DNA of 62,916 bases, filler included, from Hyphochytrium catenoides (GCA_900088475.1; 18 parts of 18 records of this genome joined end to end with filler, not necessarily neighbours in it), one strand, 5' to 3'. Numbered from the whole stretch's first letter, positions 36,965 through 50,284 are shown. Notes: generated by a model from the sequence alone, not told the origin. Numbers and translations are program-made.

Positions 36965-39900
36965 CAGACAGAAAGAGAGAGAGAGGCTTATTGTGCATAA
37001 TAGAACGGAGTCGCGCCACATCTTGTCTTATCGCCAGGACTCTTGGCCCTTTCTCTTACCGCGTTAAGCATTGAGACAAGCCTGTCGATGAGCTCCGGAA
37101 GGAGGAACGGCTGTTGGATCTCCTCTGTGAGGTAGTGAAGCATGTGGATCGTCTCATTCGCCAGCTGCAGGCTTCCTCTCACTGTCTGCTCTTTCTCTTG
37201 AAGCAGGCTCTCTTTCTGTCCTCTCTCTTCTTCTCCCAGCGTTGCCCACTCTCCCCTCGCTCTCTCCTCCTGGAGACTCTTTATATCCGGAAGCGCACTT
37301 AGAGCATCTGCTACTAAGCCGTTGATGTGGTTCATCAGTCCGTTGGCGAAGCGGACAAACTTCTCTTTCTCTCTACTGAACTGTAAAAACGCCTCCCGAT
37401 GCTCTCTCTGTTTCCACAGGTAGCCCAAGAGACAAGCGATGTTATATCTATGAGTTAGCTTCTCATGAAAGCCAGTTTGCTCTACATCTCCATACAGAGC
37501 TAAGAGAGACGGAGCGAGATGCTGCTGACAGAGAGAGAGAGAGATGAGGAGGGAAGGGCCCTGTGTGCTCCCGTCCGTCGGCTTCCCATCAGTGACCTCT
37601 CCTGACGGGAGAAGAGCTTCAAACATCACCTCTGACATCTTCGCCCGTAGGTGAGGACTATGCACAAGGTGAGGTGAGGTGAGGAACAGAAGGAAAAGAT
37701 TCATCATGCTCTCCAGCTTGACCACGTCCAATAACTTGGGAGAGAACCGCGCGATAAAGAGAACAATGTCAGTGATATCCTCCACAAAGTGCTCTGGAAT
37801 GCGCAGGATGATAGCAGAAGATGGAGAAGAAGGATCCACGGCGGAGTGAGGAAGAGATGCCTTCTTCTCTCTATCTAGAACGCTAGGCCCGTCGCAGATA
37901 CGACAAATGACCTCCGCGGACAGCATCACAAAGTTAAGCGCCTCCAACAGCACTCCTTCGGCTAATATCTGAGCGTCCATCACCATCTTATAACCTAGCA
38001 ACCCCTCGAACTGACCCTGTAGCTGTTCGTTGCCTGCAGCCCGAGCCTGGATCCAGCCCAACTGACGCATCATCCGTGTATACTTACGGATTGAGGCCGA
38101 GAGACCTAGGTGAATCCCTCTTGCGGTGAGGAAGAAGATCTGAGATATAAAGTTGAAGTCCTTGGCAGAGGTAGGAGTGCCAGGAGGAGGCGCGGGAAGA
38201 GAGGACGTCTCCGTTCCGCCTCTCTCTCCAACCTGACAGAGTCTGACTTCATCCTGAGGCCAGAGGCTGCAGTCTGATGCTAGAAAGGCCGAGTTGATGG
38301 TGGATGACTTGGGGTTGTCAGCGCCCAGGAAGGGTTTGCATAGCCGCAGAAGACAGGCGGTGAGGTTCATCATCATCCCATCAGAAGAGGCAACCCGGTA
38401 ATTGGGGTTCTCCTTTGCTCGCTCTGGCATAAAAGAGAAGATAGTGCACAGGACAAAGAGTTAGCACGACGGACACGGGTCGACGACTACTGGCGGCAGT
38501 GTAAGTTAAGATTAAGCGACGAGATCCTTACCTTGATTTAGCTGTAGACACTGCACAATCCACGCCAAGACGGCATCCTTTGTGGGTCCACCCGCGCGCA
38601 AGAGAGAGAGGAATAGATCAGCAGCCATGCTTTGGAGCAGCTCTGAGCGAGATCGCAGGCGATTTAGAGAGCCCTCGACGTCCTGCCGTGTCCGCTTCAT
38701 TATATTAGAGAAAAGCTGCCGAATGGCTTGATCAGGAGGAGAACACTCGATGCTCAGTCGTAATATTAGTCCAAATGCCGTGGCCACCTCCACCGACTTG
38801 CCCGTAGGTGCCAGGCTTGGGACTAATAGGAAGCCTAAGAGTCCACATGTCAGCTACGCGCACCGCCTCTTTCGTGAGACAGCCACAGATGAGAAACGAC
38901 AGAGAGAAACAGAGAGAGTTGCGAAGAGGCAAAGAACAAGTAAAAGAGAGAAAACGGAGAAGGAAGGATAACCAGGAAAGGTAACCAGCCGAGTGTGAAG
39001 AGTTCGGCATTGAGTGAGGGAGAGAAGAGCGGGACAATGCCGAGGAAATTGAAGAAAAGGACGGGAGCGGAAGGTCAAGGACCTTTGAGTAGGAACAGAG
39101 AAGTAACCCTAAGGCACAGGCTAGAATGCCAAAAAGCAAAGTCCAAAGAAACAGCCCCTGCCGACGGAAGGGCACACGCAGAGAGAGAGCGATGTTCGCA
39201 CCAGGGATTCTTGCAAAGGAAGCCGCAACGGCCTTAGACTTGGCCAGCCCCTGGAGCAGTCCAACCTCCGCTTCAAAGGCAGCGAGGATGCTAGGAGGTG
39301 AGAGCTGATAGAGCGTCGCCACCGAGGCTTTGATAATTGGATGGATGACAGCATCCAGCGAGTCAGGTTCCTTGGCCAGGTCCGCGCACACAGCCTCATA
39401 GAACGCTGCCAAGGGAGGAAACAAACAACTTCAGGACTTACATGGAGAGACCACGTGCAGAGACCGAAGAAGGGTTAAGGCGCGGACACTAAGGATAAGG
39501 AACAATTCGGCCACAGGCCACTCACTAAAGGATCCAGAGCAAAGAGAAAGACCTAGTCCATGTGAATCAATGGCAGGAGTATCGGAAGATAGAGGAAGGA
39601 AACTGACCCTGCGACCCAGGCGACAGAGCAGCTCGCTTGAAGGCCTCAACATTCACTCCAGGAGGGTCGAAAGGGAAGAAACTCTCCTCTACCAAGCTCG
39701 TTCCGCCATAATTTACACAGAGCTGGGAGATCTCCTCGCAAGCTTTCTCCACATCTCTCGCCTGTTGCTCGGATACCTTCAAGCGGGAGACATTGCGCTG
39801 TGCTTCCCGTGCGGCATTGAAGGTCTGAAGAAGATATTCAAAGGTGCTGGGCGGATGCTTAGGATCAGCTTTCCTCTGCTCTGGCGGGAGCATCAACCGG

Positions 39901-40415
39901 CCATAAAGAAGCTGGCAAGTTCAGGGAGTGAGACACCAAGATTCGTGAGCACTGTCCGTAGATCTCGTCTACTCTTCCTGTCAGGTAACCCCTGCTGTCC
40001 TGACTGCTCTTGGTCTCTCTCTCTCTCCCGTTAAGGCTGGATTCCTCTCTCATCTTTCCCAGAGAGTAGCTACACCTTGGCACATGCGGACCCTAAAGAC
40101 TTCTCCTCATCTCTCTTTCCTCCTTTTCTTTCTCTTGCACGTGTCTCTGGCTTCTCTTATCTTCTTGTCCGCAGCGATCTCACCTCTGCAAGGTTGTCCA
40201 AGGTGATATGCTTGTGCTGTTGAGCTAGTTCTTCTAGGTAAACATAGGAAGGCAGGTCGGGGGTGGACAGTGTGACGCGCAGCACTTGTTTAACGGTCTG
40301 TTCTATAGGATCCTTCGGTTTAGGTGGCGTCCGCGTAAGTTTACTCTCTGGGGTTTGTGCAGGAGCTGAAGGAGCAGAGCGTTAAAGAGTTCTTTGGTAT
40401 GCAAGAGGGAAGAGT

Positions 40416-40460
<45 letters not shown>

Positions 40461-40989
40461 AGAGAGAGAAGAACCAGTGTCTGTATAGGAGAGAGAGGAA
40501 AAGTGAGAGAAAGAGAGAGGAGGACCCTGGAGCTGGGACATCAATGAGGCAGAGTTTTGGTCAAAGATAGACTGTGGGACGTGCAAGCCACCGGTCCTTA
40601 CCTACGCGGACAGGGGCAGCCGAAGGAGTTGGCGGAAGGGACGAGGAATAGGTAGACAAGGAAGGAGAAGGAGCTTTGGTTGGCGTCTTTGGCGCCGGAT
40701 CTGGTGCTTGTGAGGGTGGGAGGTCGGCCGCCGCCGCCTGAGCTGCTCTCGCGGCCTCTGCGGCCTTCTTCTCTAGCTCTTCAAGCTTCTGCAGCCTAGC
40801 CCATCAACTGTCAGTGGCAACCTTCTCCTAAAGTGTGAGCGCAGTGGCGCCTTTATGTTTCTACCTGTTCCGCCGGATCTCATCTGCTGTCGGCACATGT
40901 GCAGCTTGGCTTTGGCTGCTGTCTCCGCCTCCTTCGTTTCTATCGGGATTCCCTCCTGAGCCTACAATGCCGCTGAACCAGCTTGACAT
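35981..40989 (-). CDS. UBE4B: U-box ubiquitin conjugation factor E4 (UFD2/UBE4B), multi-exon
   Basis: N-terminal TADEIRRNRLQKL. The Ufd2 core includes SSDGMMMNL...LLRLCKPF, IPEHFVED, SPHLRAK, LYGDVEQTG.HEK..HRY, FVRFANGLMN and LKVNNPEDYKFRP. The U-box reads EYLDPIMQTLMRRPVRLPSG...ILQHLLNDESDPFNRQKL. The ATG at 40989 is inferred. Confidence 0.92.
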
Positions 40990-41339
40990 GGTGCTATTTG
41001 GCGGACGTTAGGAGTCTTCACACAGTTTGAATAGAGCGCCAAAGGCTGCAACTTGAGCGACGCACAGATGTAAGGCAATGGAACCTTCTGTTATTGGAAG
41101 TTCTACGAGTGGAAAGACTTCTTCATCGCAAGTAAATGCTACCAGGCCACGTATGAAAGCTGCAGACGATCACCAGAGATAGAGCAGAGTAAGAAGAGAG
41201 AGAATGCTTAGAAGAAGAATGGCAGGACGAAGAGAAGAGCGCGGAATAATCCTCCTCATCGGCAGATGGGACTTTCCCGATAGAGACTTGACGTCGCCAA
41301 TAGCAAATCTCAAGAAATGAGAAACAGAGACTCCAAAAA

Positions 41340-42400
41340 GATCTGGAAGTTGCCTAGAGAACCACCGCTAACGGCTATTATGAAGCTCAAAAGGAAGCCC
41401 CAAAAGAGTGAAAAAAGACGAAGAAGGAGGAAGAAGAAGAAAAATGAAGAGGAGACGAGAGCTCCAAAGCTCTGGACTCTTCAGCGCGTTCTCCTCCTCC
41501 GTCACACCGTCACCATCAACAACGGAAGGAGGGATTCATAGTTGAACTCTTTGGCGATAATCATAGGAGACGGAGGAGGAGAGGAGAAAGGGGCGTCGTG
41601 GCGCCGAGACCATCATCATCATCCATCACGCTCATTCATGCAAGCTAGGCCCAGGTCCAACTGCTGAAGAAGAGGAATACGCTTCAGAATCTGTAGCGCG
41701 TTGTTCTGCATGGAGCGCGAAAGATATTCTGTATGAAGAGTCAGAGCCTTTGCCAACGGAGACCAATGACCAATTCAAGAGGACACGAAGCTGCAAGAGC
41801 GGCACGATCACACTGAAGCTTTGTTTGCACAGTCCAGGACATAGGACATGGCACCACCAAAAGACTCCCAGACGAGCGGCACAAGCTGTGGCCCCACAGC
41901 CTGGCAGGGACCCTCGTACTTCCTCAGCTTCGCTTTCTCAGACAAACGACCTTGATAGCCGGCATGGACTGCTGCATAGGGGAAGAGGGTTCTTCTGGAT
42001 TGCAGCGAATCTGTGACGGACACATCTAAGGCCGAGCTCTGACAAGAAGTTGAGAATCCTTGGAGCAACAGATCTCCAGGCTTCTGATTGGAGCCCGGAA
42101 GAAGGTGGCGAGGTCGCGGGAGACTTTGAGTCCAGAATCCCGAAAGGTATGAAAAGAGAAGGTCTTGACCACGGCGGTGACATTTGATGAGCGCCACCGC
42201 CACGAAGGCGGACTGTGCCATGATCGCCAAAGGCATCCAGTGGACGGGCACAAGACAGGCAAGAGGCGGGAGTCCACAGAAGAGGGAAACCTAGAAATCT
42301 CCACAGCATCACCCGGAACGCCAAGAAACCTTCACTTGCAACCATGGACTACGGGCAGCCCGAAGGAAAGCCCCTGCGTGCGGGAGGGAAGTCGCCCGCA
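41340..42400 (-). mobile_element. Second CRE-type RLE non-LTR retrotransposon 3' remnant
   Basis: FRVMLWRFLGFPL...CLSCARPLDAFGDH, QKPGDL, ALDVSVTD, EKAKLRKYEGPC and LVPLVWESFGG, with frameshifts and a (TTC)-rich tail near 41400-41460. Confidence 0.85.
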
Positions 42401-44088
42401 AGGGAGCTTTTGAGCGCAAGTCTAGGCCAGCAGAAGACAGGAGGACCTTGGAAGCCGTCATTTTTTTTATTGAAGACTTTATCGCTGCTGTTTGGCTGGG
42501 TTATTCCAATGACGACAGGAAGAAGACAATTGCTATGTCAAGTGTGAACTACCGGGCAACGAGTGTGCTCCGCCGCCCCGGGCCGCCGCGGGTGCAAGTA
42601 GTGGTGCTTGCGTAGTCTCCTGCTATTGATAGTGATGACGATGAGTAGCACTATCTGAACGTCATTGTGCTTGAGCTCCTTCTTCTTCTTCTTCTCTCTT
42701 CATCTTCTCCGCCCCTACTTATTCCTCACACGTACCGATCGCTCGTCCTTACCAGTCACACCGATCGATAAGTAAGATGAAGTCCTCGATGTGTCAAATA
42801 TGTGCTTCCCTGTCGCACGATAACTAGCTAGCTATATCCTCTTTGCCACCAGCACCGCCGCCGCACCTGATCTTGTTGGGACGAACATAACAGGAACAAC
42901 CACTACTCAAGATGAAGGCGCTCAGCCGCCGCTGCTACTGGCACGGACACCACCCATGAGAAGGCGGTAGCTCATGAACAGTGGGATGGCTGCTGATGAC
43001 TGAACACAGCGTCATAAAGGGTTTCCGAAGTCTGATGAGAAGGGCCCCATGCTCGATGGACCATCGTCTCCATTTCCTTAGCGATAGTCGTAGTGCTCGC
43101 CTAGTGGCAGCGGGCTGTGGCTGTCAACATCAGCACTGCCATGTATGTTACCGATTGGTTTCCTGCCCTCTCTCTGCTGTTACCTCCGTAGTTTCCCCTC
43201 CTCTCCTCCTCAAGCTTCGGGGTCTTCTTGCCCTCGACGCCCGTAAAGTCGGCTTGTCTCGCACAATATCTCCTCAATCACCTACCATCTCTCCTTTTTT
43301 CTTCTAGCGTCATCTTCCTATAATCCTACGATATTTCTTGCTGGCGCTTGATACTTCCTCTGTGGTGACGATGGTGATCTCTGCTGCCAGCAACAAGTTC
43401 TCCTCCTCTTCTAATAATAGATAGTAAGGCCGTGGCATGGATCTTCTTCTCCATCACCCATCGTTCAGGCCCAACAACAACGGTGGCTGCTGTCTCGCCT
43501 GCTGCTGCTGCTGCAGCTACTAGCACGGCGGCTCTGTCCTGCTTGGTTGGCTGGCTGGTCGACTTGGTGCTTGTTGCCAGCAGCGAGCAGGAGGAGGAGG
43601 AACTCTGCTTTACTTTGAGAGCTTGGAAGGCCGCTGCTCGAAGAGTTCTAAGAAGTAGTAGAACTAGTAGAGCCGCCAGGAGGAAGATAATAACAGCAGC
43701 AAACGACCCTACGAAAAACTCTTCGTCGTCCTCCCCACAACCCCATAGTCTTGTTCTTGGATTATTTTCGGGTAGGTCTAGTTCCTACTCCACTAAATAC
43801 CGAAAGTAGATCGAATAACGAAAGTAGATCGAATATGGACCATTAACGTATTTATTCTCGGTAGTACGTGCCGAGTTTAATCTGTTTTCACATCTCTTTC
43901 TGTGTTTAACCGAGAAGAGGAAGAAGGGAGCCTCAAACAAGAGATTGGCCGAATGTAGAACTTCCTGCTCTAGAATTAGCACTACTGTTTTATACCTGGA
44001 GCTGGCTTAGTATCCAGAGGAAAGAGAGACGGACCGCGAAGGAATGGTGAGAGAAAGAGCAGAAGAAAGCTAACAAGCATGCACTGGG

Positions 44089-44139
<51 letters not shown>

Positions 44140-44722
44140 GGAGAGACAGCCGCTAGCCGGATGAGCCGAGCGGCAGAGCGAGGAGAAGAAGTGAAAGAGA
44201 GAGAAAGAAAGGACAGGAGAAGTGCGGAGCAGGGAGGAACAGGGCAGCTGTTCTAAGAGAAAGTTCCATAAGGAAAGAAACAGAGGACAGCCAAGCCTCT
44301 TGCCTTCTTTCTGCCCTCGAAGAGAATCAGCAGAGGAGTCCCACATGGTTAGTTCCGCTTTGATTGCTTCATTCCTTGCCAGGACAAACGGTAAGAAAGA
44401 GTAACCAGAAGAGAAGGGACAGAGATCTAAGACACTTTCTATGGCGCATTCTCCTCGTTTTCAGTTCAGAAATGAGTGTTTCCCTTATCTTCCTCCCGGC
44501 AACAAGCAGGAGAAAGGATTGAAAGGAAATCTCTCTCATTCGCTCGTGGAGACCATAGAAGCGTCCTGAAGAAGACATGATGACAGAGGACGAGGCACCT
44601 CAATCGCCTTCAAACTTATCGTCCATAGGAGTCTTCATAGTCAGATCTCCAGCTTACTTCTTGCATCGCCAACGCAATCCCTCGCTTCCCCCGGCCAGCC
44701 GCTGCCTGATAGCTTATCAACG

Positions 44723-45211
44723 ATGAAGCTCCAGAACCCCATTAACCTTCTGTCACTTGTTCTTCTATGTATTTGCGCCACATTGACAGCGGCAGCAGAA
44801 GCAAGCGCCCCATTCCTTGCAGCTGCAAGTTCAGGAGGCAGCTCAGAATTATTGGCCCCGTCAAGAGCTACTCCGGACTGTGTTTGCCCTGCATATTACT
44901 CTCCTGTGTGCTACGAGGGCAAGACGTACTCTAATAAAGTTTGTCTCCAGTGCTCCTTGGCGGGACAAGTGGATGAGACGAAGATCATTCCAGGAGAATG
45001 CCCAGAGGAGGCCATCCCTCTGCTGCCAGCCGGAGGACGAAATGGGAGGTTTGGCCCGAGACGATGCATGTGCCCTATGGACTATAAGCCTGTTTGCTAT
45101 CAGGCGCAGACCTATGGCAATGTTTGCCGGTTAATGTGCTACGTTGACGGGCCAGAGAAGGAGAAACGTCGCCGTGAAGCGATTAGCGGCCCATGTGTTG
45201 GACCGAATAGC
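44723..45211 (+). CDS. Secreted Kazal-type serine protease inhibitor, at least 2 domains (3' end cut by the contig edge)
   Basis: Hydrophobic signal peptide LLSLVLLCICATLTAAA, followed by CVCPAYYSPVC.EGKTYSN..C..C...GEC and CMCPMDYKPVC....TYGN.C...C...GPC. Confidence 0.9.
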
Positions 45212-45312
45212 NNNNNNNNNNNNNNNNNNNNNNNNNNNNNNNNNNNNNNNNNNNNTTAATTAATTAANNNNNNNNNNNNNNNNNNNNNNNNNNNNNNNNN
45301 NNNNNNNNNNNC

Positions 45313-47083
45313 GCTTCTCTCCCGTCTGCAGCCTGTAACGACTTCCAGTCTTACCTTCGACGCTTTGCTTTCCAACAGAGCCGCTGTGCCTTCCTCTACG
45401 GCCGCGCGCTGCCTAACAATGAGATAGCGGTCGAATGCCTGTATGAACCACCGCAGAATGGCTATCCAGAGGGTGAGGAGAGAAGTGATGGCTCTCGCTT
45501 CCGTGTCTCTCCTCTTCTCTTCTCTGATGGTGGAGGAGCTCATGCTCAGTTCTATCTCCGACGATTCTCTCTAGCTGTCTAGCTGTCTTTCTCTCTCTCC
45601 CCCTTGTTATTGCTATCTCAGTAGTGCTCACAAAGCATCGCCATCATTCTCTCTCTCTCTGTCTCTGTCTCTCTTGTCTTTCCTTATCTCTCTCTTCCTC
45701 TCTGGTCGATAGGCTTCGAGCTGCTGGAAGACCCTCTGGCTGGGCGGGTGGAGATTGTGACGAAAGCTCTGGGGCTGGAGAAGGTTGGTTGGATGTTCTC
45801 TCATCCGCCAAGAGAAGAAGAAGGCTTCCGCTTCACCTCTGCGGAGGTTCTGATGTCAGCGCAGTACCAACTCGAGGCGGGAGGACATGGCAGTCCCTTC
45901 GTCACAGTTACTGGTCAGCTATCTCTCCCTTTCTGTCTCTCTCTCTCTCTCTCCATCTTATTCCTCTCTCTCTCTCTCACTCCCTCCAACGGTCTCTCTC
46001 CCCTTCCCCACTGTCTCGTCCCTCTTCTCTTTCCTCTTGCCTTATATATCGTTTTCCCGTCGATCTCTCTCTNNNNNNNNNNNNNNNNNNNNNNNNNNNN
46101 NNNNNNNNNNNNNNNNNNNNNNNNNNNNNNNCTCGCTCTCTCTCTCTCTCTCGCTCTCCTTCTCTCTCTTCCTGGTGGTGTCCCCGTCTCAATTCCCTCT
46201 TTTCCTGTCTTCATATCACTGTTTCTTCCGTCTTTCTCTTCAATGACTGTGTGCCAATTCTACCCTCTCTCTCCTTGTTCATGTCTCATCTTTCTCATTT
46301 CTTCTTTCTCTCTCTCACTCTCTCTGTCTCTTTCTCTCACTTGTAACTTACACTCCTCTGGTCTTATTTTCTTCCTCTATGGTTGTCTCTCAGTCACGCT
46401 GGACAAGGAAGGTCACGCAGCTTTTGATGCTTATCAAGTGAGCGACCAGTGCATGGAGATGACGGCCTCAGGAGCGCTGGAGGTCAATCCAGACAAGCCG
46501 CAGGAGATCAAAGTGAATGGTCAGCGCGTGGCTCTTCTTCTTATCCACACGAACGTCCTCCCTCTTTTTCCAAGACTTCTCTTCTTCTCTCCTCTCTCTT
46601 CCTTCTGTTTATCTCTCTCTCTCTCTCGTGCTCTCTTTTCTTCTCTCTCTCTCTCGGTATCGGTCTCTGTCGGCCTCTGTCTCTGCGTCTTCTGCTCTCT
46701 CTCTACTCTTTCTATCTCTTTCTTTCTTCCTCTGTCTCTCCCCTCTCTCCTTTCTCTTCAATTGTCTCTTTATCTCCCCCTCTCGTCATCTGTGACTCTC
46801 GCTTGACCTTTTTGGCCCCTCTTTATTCTTCGTTCCTCCGTTCCCTCTTTCTTTCTTTCTTTCTTTCTCTCTCTCTCCAGCTGTGTAAGTGCTTCTCTAC
46901 GAAAGTGTCCTTTCCTTGGCAATCTCTTGACCTTTCTTCCCGTCTTCTCGGTTCTTTCTTTTACCACGGCGGACAGGGGTGAAGCCAGTTGCCTCTTCTT
47001 GTCTCTCTCTCATTTTGTCTCTCCTTCTGTGTCTTCCTCTCTTCCTCTACACCTTCTCTGTAAGAACCCACCTTAATGTCTCA

Positions 47084-47114
<31 letters not shown>

Positions 47115-47263
47115 NNNNNNNNNNNNNNNNNNNNNNNNNNNNNNNNNNNNNNNNNNNNNNNNNNNNGCTCCCACAGTGGACAATGATTTCTTCCTGGTCC
47201 TTGTGCCGATCACGCAGCACGAATCTTTCCTAAAAACAACCTTTCCCAGGAAAAACCGGATAG
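45313..47263 (+). CDS. NPL4: NPL4 (Cdc48/p97 cofactor) MPN-domain exons, partial
   Basis: FQSYLRRFAFQQSRCAFLYGR...VECLYEPPQNG / ALGLEKVGWMFSHPPRE...FTSAEV...SPFVTV / FDAYQVSDQCMEM / VDNDFFLVLVPITQH...TTFPRKNR. Confidence 0.88.
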
Positions 47264-47998
47264 GTAGAGAGTCTTCTTTTAGCAACGCTCTCTCTCTCTC
47301 CCTTTTCAGCTCTCTCTCTCCCCCTTTTCAGCTCTCTCTCTCTGCTGACTTTGCTCCTTCTCTCGATTCTCTTTTCATCTCCTCTTCTCTTTTTATTCTC
47401 CTCTCTCTCCCTCTCTCTTTCTCCACGTATTTCGGGTCGCCCTTCCTCGTCTCTCCCCCTGTCTGTTCTCTGATCACTCTCTCTCTCTCTTCTTTCCTTT
47501 GTCTCTTTTCCCCCTCTCTGTCTCTCCCTGTCCCCTCGTCCTCCCTTTTCTAACTCTCTCTTCCTCTCTCCCCGTAACTTTCCCATCTTCTCTTCTGACC
47601 TTGCTTCTCTCTCTCCCTTCGTCTCTCCCCTCTCTCTATCTTCTTCTCTCTGTGGCGTGCGCTCGTACCGTCCCTCTCATTTCCTTTCCGCACATCGCTT
47701 CTCTCCTCTCTCTCTCTCTCTCTCNNNNNNNNNNNNNNNNNNNNNNNNNNNNNNNNNNNNNNNNNNNNTTAATTAATTAANNNNNNNNNNNNNNNNNNNN
47801 NNNNNNNNNNNNNNNNNNNNNNNNCTCTCTCTTTTATTTCTTTCTCTCTAATCTTGTTTTTTTTTTGTCTTTCGCAAGGTTTTTCTTTCCATTCTTTTCT
47901 TCAAAAACTCTCTTTGACTTACTCTTCCATTCTCCTTGTTGCTGTCTCTCTCTTGGCCTCTCTCTCTCTCTCTCTCTGTCTCCCACTTTGTCTAATAG

Positions 47999-48188
47999 GA
48001 AGCGGAGCTGTCAAAAAAGCTCCTGGTCGAGGCTTCGCAGGAGAGAGAGGAATCTCTTTGTGTTGCTCGTTCCTCTCTCCCTCTTCCGTTTCTCTTCCAG
48101 GCGGGACTGAAGCTGGGGGAAGGAGACAGAGCAGTAAAAGTGATAGAGAGAGCGCTAACTAGGTAAGTGAAGGACTGACGAAGAGACA

Positions 48189-48234
<46 letters not shown>

Positions 48235-48777
48235 GACCGAGAGAGAGAGAGAGACCGAGAGAGAGAGAGAGAGAGAGGAGAAAGGGGCGAAGTGAGGGAC
48301 TATATAGTTATGTCTCTCACTCATGAATTAATCCCTCTTGCTCTCTTTTCTCTTTCTCTCTCTCTGTCTCTCACTCCTGTCTCTCCCTCTCTCTTTCTTT
48401 CTCTCTCTCTTTCTCTCTCACACGTACTCCCTCTCCCTGTCTCTCTCTCTCTCAAGGTGACAAACTTTCCAGTCCGTCGTTTGACTCCAAAGGAAAAACG
48501 TCGCCTGGATCTCTGTTTACATCTTCGAAGTATGGAGAATGAGGCTTTCAACGCTTTCCCGCGAGAGACTTCCTCTTCTCTCTCTTCCCTCAGTGCTGCA
48601 CTCTCTCTCCAGAGGCAGAGAAAGGAAGGAGAGAGAGAAGAGAGAGAGACGACACTCTCTCATCCTGTGGACTCGGTCATTGAATGTCTCGCGGAAGGCG
48701 CGAGTTATCTCTTGGACTCGTCTCTCATCAGCCGATATAAGGTAAAGAGTGCGAGTTAGAGAGAGAGAGAGAAACAC

Positions 48778-48810
<33 letters not shown>

Positions 48811-49470
48811 AAGAGAAGAAAACAGAGGTTATATAGTTAGGGTCTTTAAGGCAAAACGAGAGGAGCGAAGAAGGGGAGAAGGAGAGAGAAAAACATTCTC
48901 ATTTCTCTTGAAAGACAAGTGGATTCATAAACAAAGAAAGTACCACGCTTCTCCTGCTCTCTCTCTCTTTTTCTCTTTCTCTCTTTCTCAAACGTGCCCC
49001 TGACTGCTGCTTGACTCTCACTCTGTCTCTCTCTTTCTCTCTCTCTCCCTCATGTCCTGACTGGTGTTTGACTGACTTCTCTCTCCTCTCTCTAGGCGAT
49101 TATCTTGGCCAAGACAGGAAGAGACCTGGACCCTTCTTTCTCCCGCCAGGGAGGGGCGTCTGCTCTCTCTTCTTTCTCCAATGTTCCCGTCTCTCCCTCT
49201 CCTCCTGGTGCTTCTCTCTCTCAGAAAGGGCATGCAAATAGCACGGCAGTCTCTCTCCCCTCTAACACAAAGGGAGGAGGAGGCAAAGAGTCTGCGCAGT
49301 CTCCGACAGGAGAGAAAGCGGGAGGAAAGAGCGCGTCTCTCTCTTCAGAAGTGGCCTCTTCTTCTCTCTCTCACTCTGTCTCTCACACCTCCAAGGAGTC
49401 TTTGACTTCACTTCTGTCTTTGGCTCAACTTCTTTATCCTTCAGCCATCGCCTTCACAGCCAGGCAGCAG
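47999..49470 (+). CDS. Probable CFAP43 (cilia/flagella-associated protein) internal exons
   Basis: VTNFPVRRLTPKEKRRLDLCLHLRSMENE and LLYPSAIAFTARQQ resemble, from memory, the conserved blocks of the CFAP43 coiled-coil region. Exons are bounded by AG/GT and contain low-complexity inserts. Confidence 0.45.
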
Positions 49471-50231
49471 NNNNNNNNNNNNNNNNNNNNNNNNNNNNNN
49501 NNNNNNNNNNNNNNTTAATTAATTAANNNNNNNNNNNNNNNNNNNNNNNNNNNNNNNNNNNNNNNNNNNNGCGCTGGAGGAAAGACAAAGTCTCAGAATG
49601 GAGACTCTCTTATCTACTTATAATAGCTATGGCTAAATGACGGTGAGACAGAGCATGACAGGTGAAGAAGTCAAGTCAGTAGAAGGATGATGTCTTTCTC
49701 CTCCGGCACGGCGGGTAGAAAGATAGAAAGGAGAAGACGAGGAGGAGAAAGAAGAAGAAGAGAAAGAAGTAGCAGAGGCGCGATATCGGCAAACTGAACC
49801 AGATCTCGTCGTCGGGGAGCTGAGTGGCGTCTTAGGCTCCGTCGATGCAGGTAGTGAGGGAGGAGCCAAAATGGGAGAAAGAAGAAGGAGAAGAGAGGGC
49901 TAGCAGCGGAAGGAGGACATGACGGTGAAAGAGGAGATAGAGAAACTGCCGGTAGTCGGTCCGCCTATCTTCTTCTTATCTCAATTCTTTTCTCAATACG
50001 AATAGACTGCAAGGCGAGGAAAACCAACAAAGCAACAAACAAAGAAACGAGAGGGGAGGATGATTACGTTCCATGATGTGAATGATGGCGTTTCTATCTA
50101 CTAATTTCTGGTTGTTTCTTCCTTGTCCGCCTCAGCCATCTTCAATTATTGGAGGTTCCTTTCCAGTGCAGAAAACCTGCCCCGTGGGTAACAAGGACCT
50201 CAGAAATTCTTTTCTCATCCATCATGTGCTC

Positions 50232-50284
<53 letters not shown>

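Noticed and set aside
42400-43850. Possible decayed 5' region of the CRE element, including a short direct repeat CGAAAGTAGATCGAATA (x2) at ~43800
   Set aside because: The composition is TE-like, but no RT or zinc-finger motif can be read with confidence.
34143-47263. Apparent ubiquitin/Cdc48 gene cluster (OTUB1, UBE4B, NPL4)
   Set aside because: NPL4 lies beyond the linker at 45212-45311 on a different contig. Only the OTUB1-UBE4B linkage is real.
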